From Candidatus Magasanikbacteria bacterium CG10_big_fil_rev_8_21_14_0_10_47_10 (GTDB lineage: Bacteria; Patescibacteriota; Patescibacteriia; Magasanikbacterales; UBA922): a stretch of DNA of 64,000 nt. The stretch is taken from contig PFCB01000023.1 of assembly GCA_002773135.1 (NCBI GenBank), positions 1,018-65,017 on the forward strand, in the 5' to 3' direction. The notes under the pieces are model-generated. The model made no database searches. It was not told the DNA's origin and worked only from the letters and a program-made list of their open reading frames with translations. Below, in pieces: positions 47,752-58,228 of the stretch. A program made the translations under genes and the position numbers. Within the stretch, counting starts at the first letter, position 1. Each line of letters starts with the position of its first letter.

Positions 47752-49038
47752 ATGTCAAAACTCTGGCACGCAAGTACAACAAAACTTCATCCACTCGCTG
47801 AAAAATACACCGTCGGAAATGATTATGAGCTTGATAAACGTCTCCTTCCCTTTGACGTGCAGGCCAGCCGTGCGCACGCAAAAAATTTACATCGTCTGGG
47901 TATTCTTACGAGCGAAGAACTGGACACACTCCTGCAGGGACTCAACGAAATCATTGAAAAAAATGAAAAGGGAGAATTTGTGATCCAACAGTCAGACGAG
48001 GACTGTCACACGGCCATTGAAAATTATTTGGTGGATCACTACGGCGATGTCGGAAAAAAAATTCACACCGGTCGCTCACGAAATGATCAGGTGTTGGTCG
48101 CGACCAGACTCTACACAAGAAAAAAAATAAAACAGATAAGCACCGAACTTATAAAACTCCAACAGGTGTTTATGAACATGGCAAAACGGTATGAGTTCAT
48201 CCCAATGCCCGGATACACGCACACGCGTCGCGCCATGCCCAGCAGCATTGGACATTGGGCAGCCAGCTACCTGGAAGAGCTTATCAACGGCCACATGATT
48301 TTGGAGACTGCTTACAAACTTAATGACCAAAATCCTCTGGGCGCGGCCGCCGGCTACGGCGTCAGTATTCCGCTCGATCGCGATTTTACCACACAAGAAC
48401 TTGGATTTGAACGCGTTCAAATCAATTCACTGTACTGCGTGAACAGCCGCGGACTCACAGAAAGTTATATTCTTTCCGTCTGTACGCAAATCATGATGAC
48501 CCTTGGCCGACTGGCGAATGAAATGATCTGGTTTACCACGCCGGAATTTGATTATTTTGATTTGCCATACCAATATACGACCGGATCCAGCATTATGCCG
48601 CAAAAAAGGAACCCTGATATTTTTGAGATTGTCCGCGCCAACGTGAATGTGATTGTCGGATTGCAGACACAAATTAAGGACATCTGTAAGAATCTTATCT
48701 CCGGATATAACCGGGATACGCAACTTACCAAAGAGCCGCTCATCAAAGGACTTGGCATTACAAGGCGCAGTTTGGAAATTGTCGCTCTGGTTATGTCCGA
48801 CGTCACCCCCAAGGAAGATGTCCTCATGAAATCCCTTTCACCTGAAATGTTTGGAGTCAACGAAGCACTGAAAATGGTAAAAAACGGGGTGCCCTTTCGT
48901 GAAGCATACCAGCATGTGAAGGAACACTTGGACGAGCTGGAAGTCGGGGATCCGCAAGAGGCCATACGGGAAGTTGTTTCTCTTGGCGGGCCCGGCAATC
49001 TGGCGCTAGACCGATATGTAGTTGATACGCCGTTGTAG
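47752..49038 (+). CDS. argH: Argininosuccinate lyase
   Basis: KIHTGRSRNDQV, MPGYTHTRRAMP and lyase_1 signature GSSIMPQKRNPD are colinear with ArgH. Confidence 0.8.
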   Translation: MSKLWHASTTKLHPLAEKYTVGNDYELDKRLLPFDVQASRAHAKNLHRLGILTSEELDTLLQGLNEIIEKNEKGEFVIQQSDEDCHTAIENYLVDHYGDVGKKIHTGRSRNDQVLVATRLYTRKKIKQISTELIKLQQVFMNMAKRYEFIPMPGYTHTRRAMPSSIGHWAASYLEELINGHMILETAYKLNDQNPLGAAAGYGVSIPLDRDFTTQELGFERVQINSLYCVNSRGLTESYILSVCTQIMMTLGRLANEMIWFTTPEFDYFDLPYQYTTGSSIMPQKRNPDIFEIVRANVNVIVGLQTQIKDICKNLISGYNRDTQLTKEPLIKGLGITRRSLEIVALVMSDVTPKEDVLMKSLSPEMFGVNEALKMVKNGVPFREAYQHVKEHLDELEVGDPQEAIREVVSLGGPGNLALDRYVVDTPL

Positions 49039-49075
49039 GAGTAAAAACTAAGTGGTAAGAACTAAGCAGTAAGAA

Positions 49076-49987
49076 ATGCTCCACACATCTTTTCTCTCCA
49101 TCCCCTTTCACAATCCCTTGGTCTTGGCCTCGGGGATTCTTGGCGTGTCCGCGGCAAGCATGAACCATGTGGTAGACAACGGCGCTGGGGGCGTCACGGT
49201 CAAATCCTTATCAAAAGAGCCGCGCACAGGCCACGCCAACCCCACCATGATCGCTTCAGACACCCATATGTTAAACGCAGTCGGGTTATCAAACCCCGGC
49301 ATTGATCACGGCCTCGGGGAACTCCGGATGTTCAAACAGCGTTCTACAGCCCCGTTGATCGGCAGCATTTTCGCGAGCACGCCGGAAGAATTTGCCGATG
49401 TGGCAAAAAAAATATCCACCGCCCCCATTGATATTCTGGAATTGGATATTTCATGCCCAAACGTCTCCACTGAATTTGGCGAGCCATTTGCCTATTCTCC
49501 CCACGCCATTCTAACCATTATCAAAAAAGTAAAAGCCGTCACTGACAAACCCATTTCTATCAAACTTTCTCCAAATGCTTGGAACATCGCCGCGCTTGCG
49601 CGTGTTGCCGAGCAGGCCGGGGCAGATGCCATTACTGCGGTCAATACGGTGAGCGGTATGCAGATCAATGTCCAAGCGCGCATGCCGGTGCTCCACAACA
49701 AGTATGGTGGTGTGTCCGGCCCTGCCCTATTCCCTATCGCGCTCAAATGCGTGTACGATATTTATGCTGCCGTCAACATTCCAATCATTGCGACCGGCGG
49801 CGTCACTACGGGTGAAGATGCCCTCGCCATGATCATGGCCGGAGCCACGCTGGTGGGCGTTGGGTCTGCGGTCTATTACAGAGGCACAGGCGTGTTTCAA
49901 AAGATTGTCGTTGAGATGCAACAAATTATGCAAGATGAAGGCATCGCCTCACTTGATGAAATTCGTGGCGTTGCGCACGCATCATAA
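49076..49987 (+). CDS. pyrD: Dihydroorotate dehydrogenase, class 1B catalytic subunit
   Basis: TIM-barrel FMN enzyme. FHNPLVLASGILG N-terminus and conserved active-site Cys/Ser loop region. Confidence 0.85.
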   Translation: MLHTSFLSIPFHNPLVLASGILGVSAASMNHVVDNGAGGVTVKSLSKEPRTGHANPTMIASDTHMLNAVGLSNPGIDHGLGELRMFKQRSTAPLIGSIFASTPEEFADVAKKISTAPIDILELDISCPNVSTEFGEPFAYSPHAILTIIKKVKAVTDKPISIKLSPNAWNIAALARVAEQAGADAITAVNTVSGMQINVQARMPVLHNKYGGVSGPALFPIALKCVYDIYAAVNIPIIATGGVTTGEDALAMIMAGATLVGVGSAVYYRGTGVFQKIVVEMQQIMQDEGIASLDEIRGVAHAS

Positions 49988-50045
49988 CGCGTAACTCAGA
50001 TAGTAAAACACATGCGTTATGGTATCCGAATTATGAGTTCTGTTT

Positions 50046-50876
50046 ATGGATAATCCGATCATCCTGAAAATTTCCGCCATTACCCAGGAGAACCCGCACG
50101 TCAAAACGTTTTGGTTTGACTACGAGCTGCCGAGTAAGCCGGGACAATTTGTCATGCTGTGGCTGCCCGGGGTGGATCAAAAACCCATTTCCATTGCGTA
50201 TGATACCGGCGAGTGCTTTGGCCTCTCTATTTTTGCCGTCGGGCCAATGACCCAACAGCTTTTTGCGCTCAAACGCGGGGATAAACTCGGGATCACAGGC
50301 CCATACGGCAATCCATTTTCTGTCCGCGAAAATACGCGCTATATCATGGTCGCGGGCGGCTATGGCGCCGGACCGCTTGGACTGCTCACCGAGCGGCTGG
50401 CAGGCAAACAATCCCCTGTCGACTTTTGCGTTGGCGCACGAAGCCGAGATTTGCTACTATTTGAAGAGCGGATAGAAAAAATCCCCTATGCCACGGTACA
50501 TGTATCCACCAACGACGGCAGCAAAGGCCACAAAGGGTATGTGACCGAGATCCTTGAAAAACTTCTATCTGACAAATATCCATCGCCTCCTTTCGGAGAT
50601 ACCGATACAACCCAAAAGATTTTGGTTTGTACCTGTGGCCCTGAAATGATGGAAAAAGCCGTCCTAAACCTGTGCACCAAATACAACGTAGACTGCCAAA
50701 TCAGTGTGGAGCGATATATGAAGTGCGGATTTAACATCTGTGGCCAATGCTGTGTGGATCCGCTGGGAATCCCCATGTGCAGCGTTGGGCCGGTTATTGA
50801 CCGCGAGACAGCAAACAAAATCACCGAGTTCGGGCTGTATCACAGAGACAAGGCCGGACGGAAGGTAGAATATTAA
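50046..50876 (+). CDS. pyrK: Dihydroorotate dehydrogenase electron-transfer subunit (FAD/NAD-binding, 2Fe-2S)
   Basis: Ferredoxin-reductase-like fold with a C-terminal Cys cluster CGFNICGQCCVD. Confidence 0.8.
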   Translation: MDNPIILKISAITQENPHVKTFWFDYELPSKPGQFVMLWLPGVDQKPISIAYDTGECFGLSIFAVGPMTQQLFALKRGDKLGITGPYGNPFSVRENTRYIMVAGGYGAGPLGLLTERLAGKQSPVDFCVGARSRDLLLFEERIEKIPYATVHVSTNDGSKGHKGYVTEILEKLLSDKYPSPPFGDTDTTQKILVCTCGPEMMEKAVLNLCTKYNVDCQISVERYMKCGFNICGQCCVDPLGIPMCSVGPVIDRETANKITEFGLYHRDKAGRKVEY

Positions 50877-51064
50877 ACAGTCCATTTCATTTAGTATAAT
50901 TGACGCATATGTTTAAATGACGTGGTGGTTGACTCAATCGTGAGCAAACTCGAAGCGTTAGAGGATTTTGCAACAAAAGCAGGAGATGAAGCAAAAAAAA
51001 TAAAGGGAAGATAGTAGCCGCGATTCAAGAAGAAAAAGGACGCTATACCTAACAGAGCCCCCGT

Positions 51065-51676
51065 ATGCCCCGCGTACTCGACATTCTCAAACAAGTCGGC
51101 GCTCTACTGACCGACGACCACTTTGTTGGAACGTCCGGCCGGCACATTGGCACGTATATCAACAAAGACATGCTGTTCCCGCACACAGCCGTAACGTCTG
51201 AAGTGTGTGCCATGTTCGCCGAGAGGCACGCGCACCTGCCCATTGATGTCGTCGCGGCTCCTGCCATGGGAGGCATTATTCTCTCTCAATGGACAGCGTA
51301 CCACCTTTCAAAAATGACCGGACGCGAGATTCTGAGTGTGTACGCAGAGAAAAAAAACAACGTGCTCACCTTTACCAGAGGCTACGACAGCTACGTCCAC
51401 GGAAAAAAAGTATTGGTGATTGAAGATCTCACTACCACGGGTGGATCGTTACAGGCAGTCATCGAGCTGGTCCGGCGGGCGGGCGGAGAACCGATCGCCG
51501 CGTCTGTCATGGTCAACAAAGACCCAAAACAGGTAACACAAGAGACAGTTGGTGTGCCCTTTTCACCACTTGCCGAAGTGGAGGTTGCATCATATGACGC
51601 GTCCGAATGCCCGCTATGCAAGCAAGGCGTGCCTGTCAACACAACAATTGGACATGGAAAAAACTTTTTAGCTTAA
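51065..51676 (+). CDS. pyrE: Orotate phosphoribosyltransferase
   Basis: PRPP-binding motif VLVIEDLTTTGGS. Confidence 0.8.
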   Translation: MPRVLDILKQVGALLTDDHFVGTSGRHIGTYINKDMLFPHTAVTSEVCAMFAERHAHLPIDVVAAPAMGGIILSQWTAYHLSKMTGREILSVYAEKKNNVLTFTRGYDSYVHGKKVLVIEDLTTTGGSLQAVIELVRRAGGEPIAASVMVNKDPKQVTQETVGVPFSPLAEVEVASYDASECPLCKQGVPVNTTIGHGKNFLA

Positions 51677-51683
51677 AACACAT

Positions 51684-52454
51684 ATGAAAACCTACGCAGA
51701 ACGCGCCGCCTTGTGCACAAATCCAACAGCAAAAGCACTTTTTACGCTGATGGAAGAACAACAGACAAATCTTTGCCTGTCCGCGGACATTATTGAAAAG
51801 GAAAAATTTCTAGCGTTGGTTGACGCGGTCGGCCCCTCCGTTTGCGTGGTCAAGACGCATATAGACATGATGGATGACTTTGACACAACAACCATTGTGC
51901 AGCTTCAGCGGCTCGCTGAAAAGCATGCTTTTCTTATTTTTGAAGATAGAAAATTTGCTGACATTGGCAACACAGTAAAACATCAGTACCAAAACGGCAT
52001 GTACAATATTGCCGACTGGGCGCATATAATCAACGCGCACGCGCTGCCGGGTCCGGGCGCGATTGAAGGTCTCAAAGAAGTAGGTTTGCATAAAGGCAGG
52101 GGCTTGCTGCTTATCGCGCAAATGAGTCCTGTTGGAAATTTGGCAACTGATGGCTACACAGACAAGACAGTACAAATGGGAAAAGAACAGTCTGACTTTG
52201 TTATCGGTTTTATCAGCAATGAAAAATTAACTGACGACGAACGCTTTGTGCATATGACTCCGGGCGTAAAGCTGGAAGCGGGCGCGGACGGGCTTGGTCA
52301 AGTATACAAAACGCCAGCCTCTGTGATCAAAGATCACGGCAGTGATGTTATCATTGTTGGCCGCGGTATTTACGAAGCAGACAATCCTACGCAGGCAGCC
52401 ATAGCATATCGAGACGCGGGCTGGGATGCCTACAGAGCGAGACTGAAAGCGTAG
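51684..52454 (+). CDS. pyrF: Orotidine-5'-phosphate decarboxylase (long, eukaryote/archaeal-like type)
   Basis: LCLSADI...VCVVKTHIDMMDDF with the catalytic Lys in a KTH context; ...FEDRKFADIGNTV. Confidence 0.8.
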   Translation: MKTYAERAALCTNPTAKALFTLMEEQQTNLCLSADIIEKEKFLALVDAVGPSVCVVKTHIDMMDDFDTTTIVQLQRLAEKHAFLIFEDRKFADIGNTVKHQYQNGMYNIADWAHIINAHALPGPGAIEGLKEVGLHKGRGLLLIAQMSPVGNLATDGYTDKTVQMGKEQSDFVIGFISNEKLTDDERFVHMTPGVKLEAGADGLGQVYKTPASVIKDHGSDVIIVGRGIYEADNPTQAAIAYRDAGWDAYRARLKA

Positions 52455-52482
52455 CCCGGAGGGTTTTTTGGTTCGCTACTTT

Positions 52483-55293
52483 CTATAAATTGGTATCAAC
52501 TTTGGTGACCGTTACAGCAGGATGCTCGGTCGTCCCGCTAACCTGCAGCAAAAAGCTGCCATGCACGTCCTCTGGAAATCCGTGCTTGATGTCAATATTC
52601 CTGTTGCTATCGATCACTTGTACGCCAGCTGTTTTTGCGCGCGCGCTTGCGTGAACCATTGCCGTGCGTGCCACGTCTCTATCAATACCAAAGTGCTCTG
52701 TAAGCGCTGTAAGAATGCCGGCCTCAATTCCTTCACCACCCGAAAGCCGGATTTTGTATCCATCTCGACTACCAGGGAGTTGCTGAATGGCAATACCCTT
52801 GTACGCGCGTTCACGCTTATGATCAGTATCCGGTACTATCTGATCAAGGCGCGTCGTGGCAAACTGCCTGCGGCTATCCGCGTGGCGTAATATAACGCCG
52901 CCCTTCTCATCACCAGAGGGACCAAGCACAATATACCTCTTGCCATTATACGTCACATATTGACCCTCTATGAATGTGACGGGCTTTTCACCCAGCTGCT
53001 GCAGAATAAATGTTTTGTCGCTATGCTGCGGCAATGCTTCAACCGATTCCTTTTTTTCTGACGTCGGCGCCGCCATGGCGTCTTGCGCAACACCTGCGTC
53101 ACGGTCTTCTGATACTTCCGCGTCTTCTACCACGCCAAGCAGATCGCTTTGCTCTTTGACCGGCTCCTCGGGTATGATTTCCGGGGCAGGCACGGGCGTT
53201 TCAATCTGTGCCGCCACAGAAGGCTCCGGCGGCGCTTCATACGCGGACTGCAATGGCGCAACATCGCCTCGCACTGCGGAAGCCAACCCAATCGCCTGCG
53301 CCCAACGACGGAAAAATCGGGGTCGTTTTTTGACTGGCTCCGGCACGCGCACTCCCCGCTCTGTGTCTTCGATCGCGCGCATCGCAATATCAATATTTTC
53401 CGGCCAAATAATACGCTTCTCTTCTCCGGCAACCATCTTTTTTTGGCGACTCCAAGCGCGAGCGAGGCGCAAAAATTCCGCTGAGTGGGCAATTTGTTCC
53501 CACATTTGAGGCGCATCCTGCGCTGACTTCCGAATATACTCATTCGCCTCTAAGACGCCTTTTTCAAAATGAATCTGATCAATCTGCGCGAGCGTGGACA
53601 TAATCTGATATGGAATTTTTTCCGTATCAACCAGCTCCAGAAGTCGAGGACCTCGGCGTGATTCTGCTCGGGCTTGTTCAAGAACCACCGCCGGCATCTG
53701 CACTGTTTCGCCGGACACAGCAGAATGAGCCGGTTGTTCCTCAATGCTCGGTGGCCTTTCAAGTTCTCGCTTCAAGTGCATGGGTTCAATGCCTGTTGGC
53801 ACGGCGATGACTTTTGGCAGGGGCACAAGCTCCGGCACCGGAATATTCCCGCCCATTTGAAATTGCCTGGCAGGCGGCGGGACAGCATTCTCTGGCAGCT
53901 CCGACTCAATGCCCGGGTGCTGGGAAAAGTGTGGTTGAACCGGACCTGCAGGCGTTATGTGTTCGCGAAGTCGCGCGACTCTATCTGCATCCAATCCCGC
54001 CGGTGGCGTTTGCTCCACATCCGACATTTCAACAATACTACTCCCTGACACAGATGGTTCCGCATCTGGAGGTGGCACAGGTCGTACGGATATTGCATCT
54101 TGCCTGGCTCGCGCGGCAGCGGGCGGCGCCCCCAACTCCGGTGGCCTGGTTTCCTCGAGTTTACCTAAAAATCCCACCGATGGAGCGGGTTCAGGTGTAT
54201 CTTCGCCAAGCAGTGCGACCTGTGCTTCTTCCTCAGGCGTAAGGCGTAACGCTGGCATTGTGCCGGGAACCGTTTTAGTCAGTCCGGGCAGCACGACCGG
54301 AGGCGGTACAATTTCCTTTTGCTCTGTTTCTTCTTTGTCACCACCTATACCCTCCAATAAAATTTCAATTTCGCCTGTTGTCATGGCTGTTTTAGGACGC
54401 ATGCTGCCGGAGGTCTGTACCGGCGGTCTTGCCTTTTGCGCCGCCTTAATGCTTTCATCCACTCCTGCCAACAGATGATCGATTTCTCCGGAAGCCAATT
54501 TAATACGCTGCCCCAATTTCCCTTCTTCCAGCTCGGCAATAATAATTTGAGCATCTTGCATCAGGTCCTCCGCCTTTTGTATATTTCCATTTTTAAAGAA
54601 AATTCTTGCCTGCCCGATCTTGCCATTGATTTCAGCGATCCTTTGGTCAATTTCTTCGCTATCCGCAACAGGCATGGTGGGTAGCCTAAATTCACGAAAA
54701 TTTTTCACACGGGCCCACAGGCTTGCTTCAAGTTGATCAAACAATTCCGTGTTTTGTATATTTTTTTCGTTCTTTTGCTCCATTGACTCCATCAACCGCG
54801 CGTACTCTTCATCTGTCATCTGTACATCGGGTCGAGGGCGCGGCTTTGCACCCAGCGGTCGCAACGCGGGACGCGCAGATACGTCTGGCGGAATTGGCGG
54901 CGGCTGGACAGCCGGTACTGCAGCCGCCATAGCGTTTTCATCACCCGTTGCAATACTTCGTCTCACCTCATCAATCGCTGTTTTTGTTGCCATTGACCCG
55001 GGCGTGTCCTGCTTTGGCAATGACTCCGCCATAAAATGTCTGCCTACTTCACGGGTAATGCTTTCAATAACGTTTTCAACAACGCTCCATTGTTTTTTGT
55101 CCTCGCATAACTTCTCTGTGTCATCTATTCGCTTTATCAACTCTCCATATCGTCTATCTCCCTTTGCGTTGCTTTCAACCAAAATACGCAGCCCTTCCAA
55201 CTGGGCCAACAAATTATCTCTTTTTTTCAATTCAGCCGAAACAATCTCCACCAACTCTTGGGTTGATCTGCGCGGATCTTTTTTGTCTGCCAT
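52483..55293 (-). CDS. Large hypothetical protein (936 aa), acidic with Pro-rich linkers and a ~200 aa C-terminal globular region; last gene of a four-gene cluster
   Basis: No TM segments and no recognisable catalytic motifs. Coiled-coil-like N-terminus, PPxP-rich middle and a C-terminal ...GQYVTYNGKRYIVLGPSGDEKGGVILRH.... Confidence 0.55.
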   Translation of the reverse strand: MADKKDPRRSTQELVEIVSAELKKRDNLLAQLEGLRILVESNAKGDRRYGELIKRIDDTEKLCEDKKQWSVVENVIESITREVGRHFMAESLPKQDTPGSMATKTAIDEVRRSIATGDENAMAAAVPAVQPPPIPPDVSARPALRPLGAKPRPRPDVQMTDEEYARLMESMEQKNEKNIQNTELFDQLEASLWARVKNFREFRLPTMPVADSEEIDQRIAEINGKIGQARIFFKNGNIQKAEDLMQDAQIIIAELEEGKLGQRIKLASGEIDHLLAGVDESIKAAQKARPPVQTSGSMRPKTAMTTGEIEILLEGIGGDKEETEQKEIVPPPVVLPGLTKTVPGTMPALRLTPEEEAQVALLGEDTPEPAPSVGFLGKLEETRPPELGAPPAAARARQDAISVRPVPPPDAEPSVSGSSIVEMSDVEQTPPAGLDADRVARLREHITPAGPVQPHFSQHPGIESELPENAVPPPARQFQMGGNIPVPELVPLPKVIAVPTGIEPMHLKRELERPPSIEEQPAHSAVSGETVQMPAVVLEQARAESRRGPRLLELVDTEKIPYQIMSTLAQIDQIHFEKGVLEANEYIRKSAQDAPQMWEQIAHSAEFLRLARAWSRQKKMVAGEEKRIIWPENIDIAMRAIEDTERGVRVPEPVKKRPRFFRRWAQAIGLASAVRGDVAPLQSAYEAPPEPSVAAQIETPVPAPEIIPEEPVKEQSDLLGVVEDAEVSEDRDAGVAQDAMAAPTSEKKESVEALPQHSDKTFILQQLGEKPVTFIEGQYVTYNGKRYIVLGPSGDEKGGVILRHADSRRQFATTRLDQIVPDTDHKRERAYKGIAIQQLPGSRDGYKIRLSGGEGIEAGILTALTEHFGIDRDVARTAMVHASARAKTAGVQVIDSNRNIDIKHGFPEDVHGSFLLQVSGTTEHPAVTVTKVDTNL

Positions 55294-55374
55294 ATGATAG
55301 TAAAAGGAAGCTCAACAATTTCTCATATCATACCATACAAAAAAGCCCCAAGAAAGGGCTTTTTCAATACATGC

Positions 55375-56868
55375 TTATTGTGCCGCCTCACTGTCCTCCT
55401 GCTCCCCAGTGGCGGCTCTCTCACGCACAGGAGGCTCTTTCTTCACTCGCTCCCTTTGCTCTTCCATATACTCATCCATTGGTTTCATACTTCCCGTCGG
55501 CATACCTGCCTGATCCATGGCCTGATACAGCCCGGTCGTTGCCTGGACAGGATCAAACGCGCCGGAGGTGGTCTTCAACTCGTCTGATGACAGCTCTGCT
55601 ATTTTAGATATTCCGGGAATCTGAAATGATCTTTTTGGATTCTTTTCTGCAACAGGTGCTGCACCTCTCATAGACACACCAAGCCCTGCATCTACAAATG
55701 ATTGCTTGGTAAGTGTACCACCAAATGACGCTGCGTAGGCAGTATCAATGTCATATGTATCACCAAGACTTTTCCGCTCACCACCGCCGGCACCGTATGT
55801 TTTCTCACCAATTGAAACACCATCTTGATAGACAGCAGCTCGGACACGATTATCATCCTGTTTTATAAACGCGTAGACTTTTCCTTTGAGTTCAAAAACA
55901 GATACTTCGCCAAATGGTGTTTTCAATGGTTTGCCGCTTTTCAGAGCGTCATCAAAACGGGAATCGAATGCACTACCCGGCTCCATAACAAATGGTGTTT
56001 GTCTTGATTCTATGCGTGTTGCAGGCCCTTGCATTTTTTCATATCCTATCGGCATTTTTACATAATCAATACTTTTGTCAGACTGTTGCATTGATGCCAA
56101 ACCCTCAGCGCTTAATTGCTGTTCCACCTGCTTTCCTGTTGCTGAAGCGCGACTTTCTGTACCCATGGCTTGCAGTTGCTGCCCACCGACTCCGGCTCCA
56201 CCAATGGCCGCTGCCATGCCCAGCCCTTGTGCCAATTTTCTGGCAGGGCCTTTTACAGAAATATTCATTGGATTACTTCCCAATTTTTCTTGCAAATATT
56301 TGCCCTTTTGCTTCATTTCAGCCAAGAGCGTGGTCAATTCCCACTTTTCCGGCTCACTGAGCTTATCCATTGCCTTTTGATTTGGATTTTTGAAAAGACC
56401 GAAAAATCTTTTTTTCAGGCTAACAGCACCGTCTTGCGCATCAATGTTAAAACGCTCAAAAATATATTTTTCAATATCATACGCACTTTTTGTTCCATCT
56501 AGAATGCCATCTTTTTCCGCCTGCATAAAATTTTGTGCAGCAGGAGCAACGCGAGATACGTCAGGTCCCTGAAAGATGCGCGCCGCCTCTTCTCGAGAAA
56601 GCATGTTGGCATCCTCTCTTTCAATCCCATGAGCCTCACCAATATCTTCAAGCGAGATCACGGCTTCTTTTGCCTCCTCTTGCATGGCTGCCTCAAGACG
56701 GGCTCTCTGCTTTTGTTCCATGCGCTTTTCTGTCCGGGAGGCAGTTTCCACTGACTGCTCAGCTCTTTTTTTGGCCATACCGGCGGCCAACCCGGCGCTT
56801 TCTCCCGACGGCGTCACTTCCGGTGGAAGCCGGTCTTGCTCCGGCTGTCTTTGCAATTCTGTATTCAT
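55375..56868 (-). CDS. Hypothetical protein (~497 aa), Glu/Ala/Gln-rich; third gene of the cluster
   Basis: Start placed at the MNTELQRQP ATG. The track ORF begins at an upstream GTG at 56892. No recognised domain. Confidence 0.5.
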   Translation of the reverse strand: MNTELQRQPEQDRLPPEVTPSGESAGLAAGMAKKRAEQSVETASRTEKRMEQKQRARLEAAMQEEAKEAVISLEDIGEAHGIEREDANMLSREEAARIFQGPDVSRVAPAAQNFMQAEKDGILDGTKSAYDIEKYIFERFNIDAQDGAVSLKKRFFGLFKNPNQKAMDKLSEPEKWELTTLLAEMKQKGKYLQEKLGSNPMNISVKGPARKLAQGLGMAAAIGGAGVGGQQLQAMGTESRASATGKQVEQQLSAEGLASMQQSDKSIDYVKMPIGYEKMQGPATRIESRQTPFVMEPGSAFDSRFDDALKSGKPLKTPFGEVSVFELKGKVYAFIKQDDNRVRAAVYQDGVSIGEKTYGAGGGERKSLGDTYDIDTAYAASFGGTLTKQSFVDAGLGVSMRGAAPVAEKNPKRSFQIPGISKIAELSSDELKTTSGAFDPVQATTGLYQAMDQAGMPTGSMKPMDEYMEEQRERVKKEPPVRERAATGEQEDSEAAQ

Positions 56869-56913
56869 ACATGTAAAAAATAAGCCCGGCACAGAGCCAG
56901 GCTTACAAAATAA

Positions 56914-57465
56914 TTATTTTCCACCGCCCATCAATCGTCCGAGAAAGCCCTTTTTTGGCTTTGTTACCATTGACGAGTTCCCCACGTTGAGCACGGTGTC
57001 TTTGGGATTAAGATCAAGCATATCATTTTTTGATCCTCCAAGATCAAGTACGTCACCGGAGTCTTTTGCCGGCGCGTCATCAAGAGAAATGTTCAGATCC
57101 GATGCCACAGATTCAAGTGTCGGTACCGGTTCCATGGATTCATCGGCGCGCGCGGCCATTTCATCGAGCGATTGAAGTGGCTCGGTTTCACCAACATGAG
57201 CGCTTTGCTGTAACGCAGGCATCTCAACGGTCTGTCTTGTTTCCCGCTTCAAGGCTTCTGTGGTGGAAGTTGGCATTTCCTGCGTTGCCTCCATGTCCTC
57301 TGCTTCTGATTCGGCTGGCGGTGGTACTACTTCCGGCATGCCCATTGGCATTGATTCGCCTTCCATAAACCGACGGTTAAACAGTGCTTCATCGCTGCCA
57401 TACTGATAGTTTTTGTGTGAAAACTGTGTCATATAGGTGTATAAAGCCGGGCATGTGCCGGACAT
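56914..57465 (-). CDS. Hypothetical acidic protein (183 aa); second gene of the cluster
   Basis: N-terminal motif TQFSHKNYQYG resembles THFHTNFQYCG in the upstream gene. The rest is Glu/Pro/Ser-rich. Confidence 0.5.
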   Translation of the reverse strand: MSGTCPALYTYMTQFSHKNYQYGSDEALFNRRFMEGESMPMGMPEVVPPPAESEAEDMEATQEMPTSTTEALKRETRQTVEMPALQQSAHVGETEPLQSLDEMAARADESMEPVPTLESVASDLNISLDDAPAKDSGDVLDLGGSKNDMLDLNPKDTVLNVGNSSMVTKPKKGFLGRLMGGGK

Positions 57466-57474
57466 AAATAGGTC

Positions 57475-58134
57475 TTATACTAATTCACTCTCTTCGTTTA
57501 TACCGGCGTCATGCGCTGCTGACATTGCATCTCCGGCATCCAAAAACTGCTCTTCCAACTCTGCCTGGCTTCTGGTCTCTGCCCGCTGTTGTACTGTGTC
57601 CGCGAGCTTCCCCATAAACCGTCTCTGTTCACGTGACATTACATTGGGGTCAATGTCACCAAATTGAGCAAACAGCAGCTCCGGGTCAACCATACCCGGC
57701 GTATTCATAATGGAAGTGAGCTCCGCAAGCCGCTCTTGCGGTGTTTGTTCTACTGATTCCACTGCCTTTCTTGCCTTGTTCAAAGCCTCGGCCGCCTCCT
57801 TTTTATAGGTGGGGTCAATTTGTATACTTGGCTCTGCACGCCCCACGCGCTCATCTTCGTGCTGCATACGCGCAATCTCCGCAAGTGTCTCCGCGCCAAT
57901 GGACGCTTCGTCATTACCGGTAAACGCCTCTTTTCGAATTTTTTCCAGAGCCAACGCAGCGTCACCCTCAGATTGCACCGCTTGCTGTTGTTCAAGCGAG
58001 ACAAATCCTTTTTTTTGTGACGGTGCCACAGGTTCGGGCGCCGGCCGATATCCTCCCTCCGCTTCGCCCAACCCGAGCGCCAACGACCGGGCGCCACAAT
58101 ACTGAAAATTAGTATGAAAGTGTGTTGATGACAT
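57475..58134 (-). CDS. Hypothetical acidic protein (219 aa); first gene of the cluster
   Basis: N-terminus MSSTHFHTNFQYCG. No SD upstream of the ATG. Preceded by a leader hairpin. Confidence 0.5.
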   Translation of the reverse strand: MSSTHFHTNFQYCGARSLALGLGEAEGGYRPAPEPVAPSQKKGFVSLEQQQAVQSEGDAALALEKIRKEAFTGNDEASIGAETLAEIARMQHEDERVGRAEPSIQIDPTYKKEAAEALNKARKAVESVEQTPQERLAELTSIMNTPGMVDPELLFAQFGDIDPNVMSREQRRFMGKLADTVQQRAETRSQAELEEQFLDAGDAMSAAHDAGINEESELV

Positions 58135-58151
58135 ATTTTGATAAACAAAAA

Positions 58152-58175
58152 CCTGGCAAGGCCAGGCGTTTATGA
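58152..58175 (-). terminator. Terminator-like hairpin (GCCTGGC ctt GCCAGG plus U-rich tract) within the 5' leader of the four-gene cluster, 17 nt upstream of its first ATG; candidate attenuator
   Basis: The minus strand reads ...CGCCTGGCCTTGCCAGGTTTTTGTTTATCAAAAT ATG. Confidence 0.45.
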
Positions 58176-58228
58176 AATGTATATTTTTCGTTCCTGTCGC
58201 ACGGACATAGGACTCATATTAGGGTGTA

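Noticed and set aside
50877-51064. Small ORFs in the pyrK-pyrE spacer, for example MTWWLTQS or a GTG-initiated 30-aa peptide
   Set aside because: They are too short and unsupported. The region may simply be a promoter or leader for pyrE.
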